A DNA stretch of 64,000 nucleotides, taken from contig OZ252220.1 of assembly GCA_965249135.1 (NCBI GenBank), positions 384,001 through 448,000 of the forward strand. Reading direction: 5' to 3'. The notes under the pieces are model-generated. The model did not search any database, had not been told where the DNA came from, and saw only the letters and a program-made list of their open reading frames with translations. The stretch comes from Alphaproteobacteria bacterium. Its GTDB lineage: Bacteria; Pseudomonadota; Alphaproteobacteria; GCA-2746255. Positions 1 through 7,676 of this stretch are shown piece by piece; position 1 is the first letter of the stretch; every line of letters begins with the position of its first letter. The position numbers and the translations under genes are program-made.

Positions 1-1
1 G

Positions 2-136
2 CTGACCTGGGTGGATATCGTCCTGCTGCCGGTCTTTGGGCTTTCCCTCGGCCTTCTTGGCGTTGCCGGCTTCCGTTGGTGGCGGGGGCGGGAAGAGGCC
101 TTTGATATCGGGAGAGGCTTCCTAGAGAGCAGCTGA
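2..136 (+). CDS. 3' end of small membrane protein, MerF/MerT-like heavy-metal transporter (partial, runs off window)
   Basis: Frame 2 reads LTWVDIVLLPVFGLSLGLLGVAGFRWWR...ESS*, resembling the MerF second helix (LDYVLLP...); adjacent to a copper locus. Confidence 0.4.
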   Translation: MTWVDIVLLPVFGLSLGLLGVAGFRWWRGREEAFDIGRGFLESS

Positions 137-207
137 CTCTTAATCAGCGGGTCGCAATCGATACGAACGACCCCCACAGGAGGCAATCGAACCTGCGAGC
201 GCCATGC

Positions 208-720
208 CTATTCGTGGTCACGATCTTGTGAATGACCGTTTCCGTGCTCCGGCTCACCTTGGACTTCGACCGCGGGTAGGGCCATCACTCCCGTCCCGTG
301 ACGAAAGACGAGCTCGCCTCCCTTGAAGCCCGTCACCAGAAGAAGTGCCAGCGCGGGTACCAAAACGACGTAGAAAGGGTAGGGCGGCCGTTTGCTTTTC
401 TTTGCGATCCAGCCACCCCAGAGCGCCAAACCCCACCAGACCCCGGCCGTCGCCAGCGCCCAGTTCCGATGGTCCGTCATCGCCGCATGGCCTAGCGGAT
501 CGTGGGCGACCGTATAGAAGGCATGAAATCCGGCTGCCACGGTGGCCAGGGTCAGCCCGGCCCCAATCCACAGATTCCAAAACGCGGTCGTGGTGAGGCC
601 GGACGCCAAGGCGCGCCGTCGGAGAAGCGCGCCGGCCCAAAACAAGACGGCCGCCACGGTGAAAAGGGCGAGCGTGAAATGAACGAGGATCGGATGCCAA
701 TTGGGCAGGATCTCGATCAT
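208..720 (-). CDS. DUF2231-type membrane protein
   Basis: N-terminal HPILVHF motif, four hydrophobic segments, GxxGGELVF motif, His-rich tail; last gene of the cop cluster. Confidence 0.75.
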   Translation of the reverse strand: MIEILPNWHPILVHFTLALFTVAAVLFWAGALLRRRALASGLTTTAFWNLWIGAGLTLATVAAGFHAFYTVAHDPLGHAAMTDHRNWALATAGVWWGLALWGGWIAKKSKRPPYPFYVVLVPALALLLVTGFKGGELVFRHGTGVMALPAVEVQGEPEHGNGHSQDRDHE

Positions 721-721
721 T

Positions 722-1030
722 TTATTGGTTGCTCTTCATCTTCTCTTTCCGCTCTTTCATCTTTTCCTTGTGCTCCTGCATCTTGCCCATGCGTTCCTGC
801 ATCTTGCCCATGCGTTCCTGCATCTTGCCCATGCGTTCCTGCATCTTGCCCATGCGTTCCTGCATCTTCTTCATATGCTCCTGCATCATGCCTTTGCCTT
901 GCATCGTTCCTTCGCCCGATTGCATCATATGACCTTTTCCGTCCGTTTTCATGTGATGCTCGCCGAAGCTAGGCGATGCAATCAAGGCCAGCGACAATGC
1001 GAGAGCTGGAATAAAAAAGAAGTTTTTCAT
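722..1030 (-). CDS. Exported Met/His-rich low-complexity protein, putative periplasmic Cu(I) binder
   Basis: Signal peptide, EHHM, (MQERMGK)x4; RBS-like AAAGGAG upstream; co-oriented with copB. Confidence 0.7.
   Translation of the reverse strand: MKNFFFIPALALSLALIASPSFGEHHMKTDGKGHMMQSGEGTMQGKGMMQEHMKKMQERMGKMQERMGKMQERMGKMQERMGKMQEHKEKMKERKEKMKSNQ
774..868. repeat. 21-bp tandem repeat (TCCTGCATCTTGCCCATGCGT) x4.5
   Basis: Perfect copies at 774, 795, 816 and 837, partial copy at 858; encodes the MQERMGK heptads. Confidence 0.95.
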
Positions 1031-1048
1031 CGTCTTGTCTCCTTTCGG

Positions 1049-1837
1049 TTAAAACCAAAGCCTAAAACCCGTGACGAAGGAAATGCTTTGGACGTCTCCG
1101 CCTTTGTTGCGTGCGAAGTCGGCAGTGTCGCCGACCTTGTGGCTCCAGGCCACGCCCACATAAGGCGCGAACTCGCGCTCGATCTCGTAGCGCAGACGCA
1201 AGCCCGCTTCCGCCGTGCCGAGCCCCGAGCCGACGCCGATTTCCTCGACATCCTGAACCGCAAAGTTAAGCTCGGCGCGCGGTTGCAGGATCAGCCGCTG
1301 GGTGAGCAGCAACGCGTACTCGGCTTCGATGCGGGCAGAAACGTCGCCGTCTTCGCTGGCGAAGAGGGCGGCATCGACCTCGAACCAATAAGGCGCAAGG
1401 CCCTGGATACCAACAACGCCGTAGGTCTTTGACGGGCGGGGTTTGACGTCGTGCCGAACGCCAGCCTGAAAATCGAAATAAGGCGCGATGGCGCGGCTGT
1501 AGAGCACTTGGACCTCCGCCTCCTCGAAGGCGTCGTCGTCAAAGAGGTATTCGCCTTCGGTCTTCATCCAGACCTTATGGATGTCGCCGCCCACCCAGCC
1601 TTGTGCGTCCCAAAGCAGGCGCGGCGCGCCCTCGTTCGACTGGTATTCGAAGCGGTCGGCTTGCAGAAACAGCAACGTTCCGCCGCCGCTTCCCGCCTGA
1701 AGTTTGCGTTTCGCTGCCGCCATTTTTTCCGGGTCGTAATATTCCGCAGCCGCGTTCCACGTCCCGTCCTGCGCCAAAAGAGGGGCGTTAGCGGTTGCTG
1801 CCGCAACGATGCAAGCCGCGATTGCCAGACTTCGCAT
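1049..1837 (-). CDS. copB: Copper resistance outer-membrane protein CopB
   Basis: WDAQGWVGGD, GLAPYWFEVD, LRLRYEIEREFAPYVGV, C-terminal GFRLWF; directly downstream of copA. Confidence 0.93.
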   Translation of the reverse strand: MRSLAIAACIVAAATANAPLLAQDGTWNAAAEYYDPEKMAAAKRKLQAGSGGGTLLFLQADRFEYQSNEGAPRLLWDAQGWVGGDIHKVWMKTEGEYLFDDDAFEEAEVQVLYSRAIAPYFDFQAGVRHDVKPRPSKTYGVVGIQGLAPYWFEVDAALFASEDGDVSARIEAEYALLLTQRLILQPRAELNFAVQDVEEIGVGSGLGTAEAGLRLRYEIEREFAPYVGVAWSHKVGDTADFARNKGGDVQSISFVTGFRLWF

Positions 1838-3615
1838 TACCGAACCTCCGGCATCCGGTGACGCGTATGGTCCTCGCGATGCTCAGTTGGACGTATCGCG
1901 CCCGCCCGGGTCGCGCTCGCCCGGGCTGCATGTGGCCGGACGGAGACCACCTGCATCATGCCGGCGTGCATGTGGTAGAGCAGGTGACAGTGGAAGGCCC
2001 AGTCCCCAGGCGCGTTCGCGGTGATGTCGACGGATAGTTTTTCCCCCGGCTTGACGATCACCGTGTGCTTGCGCGGCTTGTGGCCCTTGCTACCGTTCAC
2101 CAGCTCGAAGAACATGCCGTGAAGGTGGATTGGATGCGGCATCATGGTGTCGTTCACCATGGTGAGCCGCACCCGTTCGCCCTCGTGAAAAAGGATGGGG
2201 TCGACGACCTCGGAAAACTTCACGCCGTCGAACGACCACATATAGCGCTCCATGTTGCCGGTGAGATGGACCTCCACCTCGCGACTCGGCAGGCGGGTGT
2301 CCGGATTTGGATCGAGACTTCTGAGCTTGGCGTAGCTGAGCGTCCGGTGCGGAACGTCTTCGAGCCCGATCCCCGGTTCGTCCAGGCGACTCGCAGGCGC
2401 CATCGCCACATTGGTGACGCCTGGACCCATCGGATGATCGTGTTCCGTCATGGCGTGGTCGCCATGCCCCGCCATGCCCATGCCCCCCGCCATGCCCATG
2501 TCCTTCATGGTGAGCAGCGGGCGGGGCCGGAGCGGCGGCACCTTTGCCGTCATGCCCGGCCGCGGCGCCAGCGTCGCGCGGCCATAGCCCGACCGGTCGA
2601 TCGACTCGGCCATGAAGGTGAAGGCGCGCTCCGCCGTAGGCTGAACGATGATGTCATAGGTCTCCGCCACGCCCATCTGGAATTCGTCGGTTTCAAGGGG
2701 GCGCAGGTTGAGCCCGTCGGCCTGCACCACCGTCATCGGCAGGCCGGGAACGCGGACGTTGAAGATTGTCGTCGCCGAAGCGTTGATGATGCGCAGGCGT
2801 ACACGTTCGCCTGGATTGAAAAGTGCGGTCCAATTGTCCTCGGGCCCGTGGCCGTTGACCAGATAGGTATAAGTAGCCCCGGTCACATCCGCGATGTCGG
2901 TCGGCGACATGCCCATGCGCCCCCACAGGAGCCGGTCGTCCAGAGCGCTCGCCAGCCCATTCGTGCGTGCGTCTGCGAGGAAGTCGGTGAAGGCGCGTTT
3001 CTGGTAATTGAGACTCTCGCCGTTTTTCTTGAGTACGGCGAACAGGCGATGCGGGTCCATGAAGGTCCAGTCGGACAGCACGATGACGTATTCACGGTCG
3101 TACGCCACCGGATCGTTGCCGGCGGGATCGATGATGAGGGGGCCGTAATGGCCGAGCTGTTCCTGCAGCCCGGAGTGGCTGTGATACCAGTAGGTGCCCG
3201 ATTGGCGGACCGGGAAACGGTAGGTGAACGTTTCGCCGGGCCCGATGCCTGGGAAGGTGATGCCCGGCACCCCGTCCATCTGGAATGGCAGCAGGATGCC
3301 GTGCCAGTGGATCGACGTGTCCTCGTCAAGGCCATTCGTGACGCGCAGGGCGATCTCGTCGCCCTCGCGCCAGCGCAAGAGCGGGGCCGGAACCGTACCG
3401 TTGATGGTAACCGCGTTGCCGGGCCGGCCATCGATGGAAACGGGCGTCTGGCCAATTTTGAGATCAAAGGCCGTTCCGGACAGGGCGTTGATGCCGGATA
3501 GGGCGTTCGTCGTTGCACCGCGCGCCCATGCCGGGAGAAGGGCTTGATAAGCGATCAATCCGCCAACCGAGGCCGCCGTCCTCAAAAATTTTCGCCGTGT
3601 AAACATTCTTCCCAC
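1837..3615 (-). CDS. copA: CopA-family multicopper oxidase
   Basis: Tat signal TRRKFL; copper motifs HWHG, WYHSH, HPIHLHG, HCHLLYHMHAGM; Met/His-rich insert. Confidence 0.95.
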   Translation of the reverse strand: MGRMFTRRKFLRTAASVGGLIAYQALLPAWARGATTNALSGINALSGTAFDLKIGQTPVSIDGRPGNAVTINGTVPAPLLRWREGDEIALRVTNGLDEDTSIHWHGILLPFQMDGVPGITFPGIGPGETFTYRFPVRQSGTYWYHSHSGLQEQLGHYGPLIIDPAGNDPVAYDREYVIVLSDWTFMDPHRLFAVLKKNGESLNYQKRAFTDFLADARTNGLASALDDRLLWGRMGMSPTDIADVTGATYTYLVNGHGPEDNWTALFNPGERVRLRIINASATTIFNVRVPGLPMTVVQADGLNLRPLETDEFQMGVAETYDIIVQPTAERAFTFMAESIDRSGYGRATLAPRPGMTAKVPPLRPRPLLTMKDMGMAGGMGMAGHGDHAMTEHDHPMGPGVTNVAMAPASRLDEPGIGLEDVPHRTLSYAKLRSLDPNPDTRLPSREVEVHLTGNMERYMWSFDGVKFSEVVDPILFHEGERVRLTMVNDTMMPHPIHLHGMFFELVNGSKGHKPRKHTVIVKPGEKLSVDITANAPGDWAFHCHLLYHMHAGMMQVVSVRPHAARASATRAGAIRPTEHREDHTRHRMPEVR

Positions 3616-3687
3616 TCATGCATGCAGCGGTCTGTGCCGCGGCGATGTGGGCGCAAGCGCAATCAAGCGGACGGTTTGCCCGCGGGA

Positions 3688-4068
3688 TTAGAGGGAGAAG
3701 GTTCGGGGTGGCTTGGGCTGGAGAGAAGGGGAATGGCCGATGAGTTTTTGCGCCTGCACCAATCCGAATGCATTGGCGGTTCCGAAGACAGGCATTCCAT
3801 TATCAAGGGCAAGGGGGGGAGGCATGGGATTCACCGCCACCGTGCAGCAGCAGGCATCCTCGCCTGGCCCCATCGGGCAATGGGCCATGCCACCGGCTGC
3901 GGCGGCCGTTCCATAGGCAGAATCCATGTGAGAAGCGGCGGCGTGGAGATCACAAGGAACGAAACCCGCCATCGCCGGGCGCTCGGCGCCAAGAAGGAGA
4001 AAAAAGCCCAAAAGAACCCCAGCGAAAAGGACCAGATTTCCTTTTGCCTTGGGGTGTGAGGACGCCAT
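3688..4068 (-). CDS. CopL/DUF2946(CutF)-like Cys/His-containing leader protein
   Basis: Hydrophobic N-terminus, HCPM...CCC cluster, C-terminal PKPPR; immediately upstream of copA; ATG at 4068 chosen as start. Confidence 0.6.
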   Translation of the reverse strand: MASSHPKAKGNLVLFAGVLLGFFLLLGAERPAMAGFVPCDLHAAASHMDSAYGTAAAAGGMAHCPMGPGEDACCCTVAVNPMPPPLALDNGMPVFGTANAFGLVQAQKLIGHSPSLQPKPPRTFSL

Positions 4069-4237
4069 GGTTGAGGATCCTTTGGTCTCGAAGTTACCGC
4101 CTAAGTGAAAGATAGACCTTCCAATAGGTGGAAGGTCAACCGAAGAATACGGCCAGGAAGAAGGATTGACGTACCGTCTCGCTCCCTCTCTCATGGGGCC
4201 GGCATTGCCACCTCATATGGGATGAATACGGGTTTCC

Positions 4238-5437
4238 ATGGTCGATTTCTCCCTTTCTCCGGAAATCCGCGACTTGCAGGTGCGCATCCGCGCCTTCGTC
4301 GCCGAACGCATTCTTCCCTTGGAGGCGGATCCGGCTTCCTTTGATGCCTACGAAAACATCGCCCCCGACCTTCTCGAAAAATTGCGTGGCGAGGCGAAAA
4401 GCCAGGGTCTCTGGGCGCTTCAGATGCCCAAGGAACGTGGCGGCCAGGGCTTGAACATGGCAGGCCTGGCGGTTGCCTATGAGGAGATGGGCCATTCCAT
4501 CTTCGGGCCCGTCGTCTTCAATGCGGCGGCGCCCGATGACGGCAACATGCTGCTGCTGAACCGCATCGGAACCGAGGCGCAGAAGGATCGCTGGCTGCAG
4601 CCGATCATCGATGGCGAGCTGCGCTCTGCCTTCGCGATGACGGAGCCGAACCCCGGCGCCGGCTCCGATCCGGGTGCGATGCGCACCGTCGCTACGAAAG
4701 AAGGCAAGAACTGGATCGTCAAGGGCGAGAAGTGGTTCACGACCGGGGCCGGAGTGGCGAAGCATTTCGTTCTCGTGGTCCGCACGTCGGACGATGAAAG
4801 ACGAGGCTTGAGCGCCTTTCTCTTCCATGGCGACCAGCCGGGCTGGGAGATCACGCGCCGCATTCCGATCATGGGACCGGAGGAGCATGGCGGGCATTGT
4901 GAGCTTCGCTTCGACGGCCTGGAAATCCCCGATGAGGCGCGACTCTTAGGAGTCGGCGACGGGCTCAAGGTCACCCAGATCCGTTTGGGCACGGCACGGC
5001 TCACCCATTGCATGCGCTGGCTCGGCATGGCGAAGCGGGCGCTGGAGATCGCCAGCCACTATGTCCGTTCGCGCGAGAGTTTCGGGATGAGGCTCTCCGA
5101 ACACGAAGGCGTCCAGTGGATGCTGGGGGAGGCGGCAAAGGAAATCGCGGTAGGCCGGCTGCTCACCCTGCACGCGGCCTGGAAACTGGATCAGGGGGAT
5201 TTCGCCCGCAAGGAGGTGGCGATGGCGAAGATCCAGGTCGCCGATACGCTGCACAAGGCGGTGGACACGGCGCTTCAGCTTTGCGGGGCGAAGGGCTACT
5301 CGAAGGACATGCCCCTTGAATGGATGTACCGCTATGCCCGTCAGGCGCGCCTCGTCGACGGTGCGTCCGAGGTCCACAAGATGGTGCTGGCCCGATTCCT
5401 GATTCAGGAAGGGAGGGAGTTCTGGTCGTGGGAGTGA
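4238..5437 (+). CDS. Acyl-CoA dehydrogenase (LvaC/ACAD10-11-like)
   Basis: AFAMTEP...GSD, GEKWF, RLVDGASEVH motifs. Confidence 0.9.
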   Translation: MVDFSLSPEIRDLQVRIRAFVAERILPLEADPASFDAYENIAPDLLEKLRGEAKSQGLWALQMPKERGGQGLNMAGLAVAYEEMGHSIFGPVVFNAAAPDDGNMLLLNRIGTEAQKDRWLQPIIDGELRSAFAMTEPNPGAGSDPGAMRTVATKEGKNWIVKGEKWFTTGAGVAKHFVLVVRTSDDERRGLSAFLFHGDQPGWEITRRIPIMGPEEHGGHCELRFDGLEIPDEARLLGVGDGLKVTQIRLGTARLTHCMRWLGMAKRALEIASHYVRSRESFGMRLSEHEGVQWMLGEAAKEIAVGRLLTLHAAWKLDQGDFARKEVAMAKIQVADTLHKAVDTALQLCGAKGYSKDMPLEWMYRYARQARLVDGASEVHKMVLARFLIQEGREFWSWE

Positions 5438-6459
5438 CGGAGCCCGCCTCCCAAACACGCCTTGAAACCTTCCTTGCCGATGCCTGTCAGGCGAATTCCG
5501 CGACGATTTTGGGGCTTCAACCCCTAACCGGCGGCGCCGTTCAGGAGAACTGGCGTCTCGACGTCACCCTTAAAGGCGGCGCTTATGAAGGCGCGCAGGC
5601 CTGGGTGCTCCGTATCACGGCACCCGCCATGATCCCGGACAGCCATTCGCGCACGCAAGAATTCGCGATCCTGAAGGTGATGGAGGCGGAAAGAATCGCA
5701 GCACCCAAGGCCCATTTCCTCTGTCGCGACGTGCACGTTCTGGGGCGCGAATTCTTCATCATGGAACGCCTGCCCGGGGTCGCCGCCGGCCACCGGCTGG
5801 TCCGGGACGCGAGTTTAGACGGCGAGGCGCTTACCGAGCGATTGGCCCAGGAACTCGGCCGCATCCATGCCATCCGGCCACCGCGCGAGGATCTGGCGTT
5901 CCTGAACCTGCCGGAGCCGACGCCGGCGCTTGAAATAGTCGCGCGCTTTCGTCGCCAAGTTGAGGCGGAAGCGGACCCGCACCCGGTTCTCGACTGGGCC
6001 CTTCGCTGGATGGCGCTGAATGCGCCGCGGCACCAGGCCCTCGTGCTCTGCCACCGGGATTTCCGCACCGGCAATTACCTGGTCGAGGCGGGCGCGTTCA
6101 CCGGTCTTCTGGACTGGGAATTCGCGAATTGGGGGGATCCGATGGAGGACGTGGGCTGGTTCTGCGCCAAGTGCTGGCGTTTCGGGGCAGTAACGCGCGA
6201 GGCGGGCGGCATCGGCCCGCGGGCGCTTTTCTACCGCGCCTATGAGGAAAGCTCCGGCTTATCCATTGATCCCGGCGCCGTCCATTTTTGGGAGGTGACG
6301 GCGCATCTCCGATGGGCGGTCATCGCCCTTCAGCAATGCGCACGCCACTTGAGCGGGACGCTGCCCTCGCTCGAGCTTGCACTCACCGGCCGACTTGCGG
6401 CAGAGATGGAGCTTGAGATTCTTGCGCTGATCGATCGATCCGACAAAGGGAGGCTCTAA
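5434..6459 (+). CDS. APH-family phosphotransferase (LvaA-like)
   Basis: HRDFRTGN and LDWEF kinase motifs; GTG start overlapping the ACAD stop (GTGA). Confidence 0.85.
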   Translation: MTEPASQTRLETFLADACQANSATILGLQPLTGGAVQENWRLDVTLKGGAYEGAQAWVLRITAPAMIPDSHSRTQEFAILKVMEAERIAAPKAHFLCRDVHVLGREFFIMERLPGVAAGHRLVRDASLDGEALTERLAQELGRIHAIRPPREDLAFLNLPEPTPALEIVARFRRQVEAEADPHPVLDWALRWMALNAPRHQALVLCHRDFRTGNYLVEAGAFTGLLDWEFANWGDPMEDVGWFCAKCWRFGAVTREAGGIGPRALFYRAYEESSGLSIDPGAVHFWEVTAHLRWAVIALQQCARHLSGTLPSLELALTGRLAAEMELEILALIDRSDKGRL

Positions 6460-6870
6460 ATGCAGGATCGCCCCACCTCGGCCCAGCTTCTGGAAGCAGC
6501 CTGTGAGGCCTTTACCCGTGGGTTGTTGCCGCAAGCTTCGGGGGAGAAGCGCTATCTGGCGCTGATGGTCGCGAACGCGATGGGGATCGTAAGCCGCGAC
6601 CTTCGGACTTCGACCCAGTCATTGAAGCAAGAACGCGAGCGTCTTCAAGAGCTTTTCTCGCTTTCCTCATCCGAAATTGCAAACTCAGACGCGCTGCAGA
6701 GCGAGGTCGAGGCGCTGAACCGACGCTTGGCCGCCGAGATCGGCGCCGGTGCCTTTGATGCACCTGTCGAGGCCCGTGAACGGGTCAAGGCCCATCTTCT
6801 CGAGACCACCCGCGAGAAGCTCCGCGCCAGCAACCCGAAGCACTTAGAGGCGGAAAGGAAAGGCGAATGA
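6460..6870 (+). CDS. DUF6285 / LvaB-like small protein
   Basis: MQDRPT..LLEA start, ...NPKH end; usual partner of APH-ACAD pairs. Confidence 0.7.
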   Translation: MQDRPTSAQLLEAACEAFTRGLLPQASGEKRYLALMVANAMGIVSRDLRTSTQSLKQERERLQELFSLSSSEIANSDALQSEVEALNRRLAAEIGAGAFDAPVEARERVKAHLLETTREKLRASNPKHLEAERKGE

Positions 6871-7184
6871 CAGTTTACCGCCCTCTGTATGGTGTCGGCG
6901 AGCTCGTCCACCATCGGCTTTTCGATTACCGGGGCGTCATCGTCGACGTCGATCCGGTCTTTCAAAACTCGGACGAATGGTACGAGGCGGTGGCCCGCTC
7001 CCGGCCGCCGAAGGACAAGCCCTGGTACCACGTCCTGGTGGACGGCGCCTTCCATCGGACCTATGTGGCCGAGCGGAATCTCGAGCCCGATGAAATGGGC
7101 GACCCGATCATGCACCCGGAGATCGGCGTTTTCTTCTCAGGCTTCGAGAAGGGGGCCTATGTGACGAACCAGCCGAAGAATTGA
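6867..7184 (+). CDS. hspQ: Heat shock protein HspQ (YccV-like)
   Basis: HRLFDYRGVIVDVDP, PWYHVLVD, YVAERNL. Confidence 0.88.
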   Translation: MTVYRPLYGVGELVHHRLFDYRGVIVDVDPVFQNSDEWYEAVARSRPPKDKPWYHVLVDGAFHRTYVAERNLEPDEMGDPIMHPEIGVFFSGFEKGAYVTNQPKN

Positions 7185-7187
7185 CGG

Positions 7188-7661
7188 CTATTTGATCTCA
7201 AAGACGTGGTAGGCGACCCCGTTCGGAATGCGCCGTCCAATCGCGATGGCCAGCACGCGGTTCAGCCAGTCGTACTTCTTGGAAGCGGTCTCGAAGCGCA
7301 TGGAACTTCGGAAATAAAGCGTCGAAGGGTCGATCTCCACGTCTTCCCAGAACCGCATGAATTTCTCCATCGTCTCCGGCGTGCCGTGGATGTAGCCATG
7401 GTAGAAGAGGTAGATGAGTTCGCCATCGTCCGTCTTGAGCTGGGTACGGACGTCGATGACCAGCGTCCCATCGTCAAGGATGCGCAGCCAATCCGCGCCT
7501 GGAGCCAGAACCTCCCCCTTCATCTTCGGGCCTTCGAATTCGCCGCCGATGACCTCGACGATCAGGCGGTGGCCGTTTTCCACCGTCTTGCCGACGTCGT
7601 GGACGGCGCCGCCCACGTAAAGCTTGATGTCGAACAGCAGCTCGCCTTGTAGCTCGGGCAA
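7188..7661 (-). CDS. DUF3237 (UPF0311) beta-barrel protein
   Basis: GGEFEGP, GADW, DVRTQLKTDDG, YFR..MRFET..KYDWLN; TTG start with GGAGAGG RBS just after the hcmA stop. Confidence 0.85.
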   Translation of the reverse strand: MPELQGELLFDIKLYVGGAVHDVGKTVENGHRLIVEVIGGEFEGPKMKGEVLAPGADWLRILDDGTLVIDVRTQLKTDDGELIYLFYHGYIHGTPETMEKFMRFWEDVEIDPSTLYFRSSMRFETASKKYDWLNRVLAIAIGRRIPNGVAYHVFEIK

Positions 7662-7676
7662 TTGTGCTTTCCTCTC

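Noticed and set aside
774-868. 21-bp repeats (and the 15-bp repeats at 21741 and 62776) as a CRISPR array
   Set aside because: Head-to-tail repeats without spacers; no cas genes
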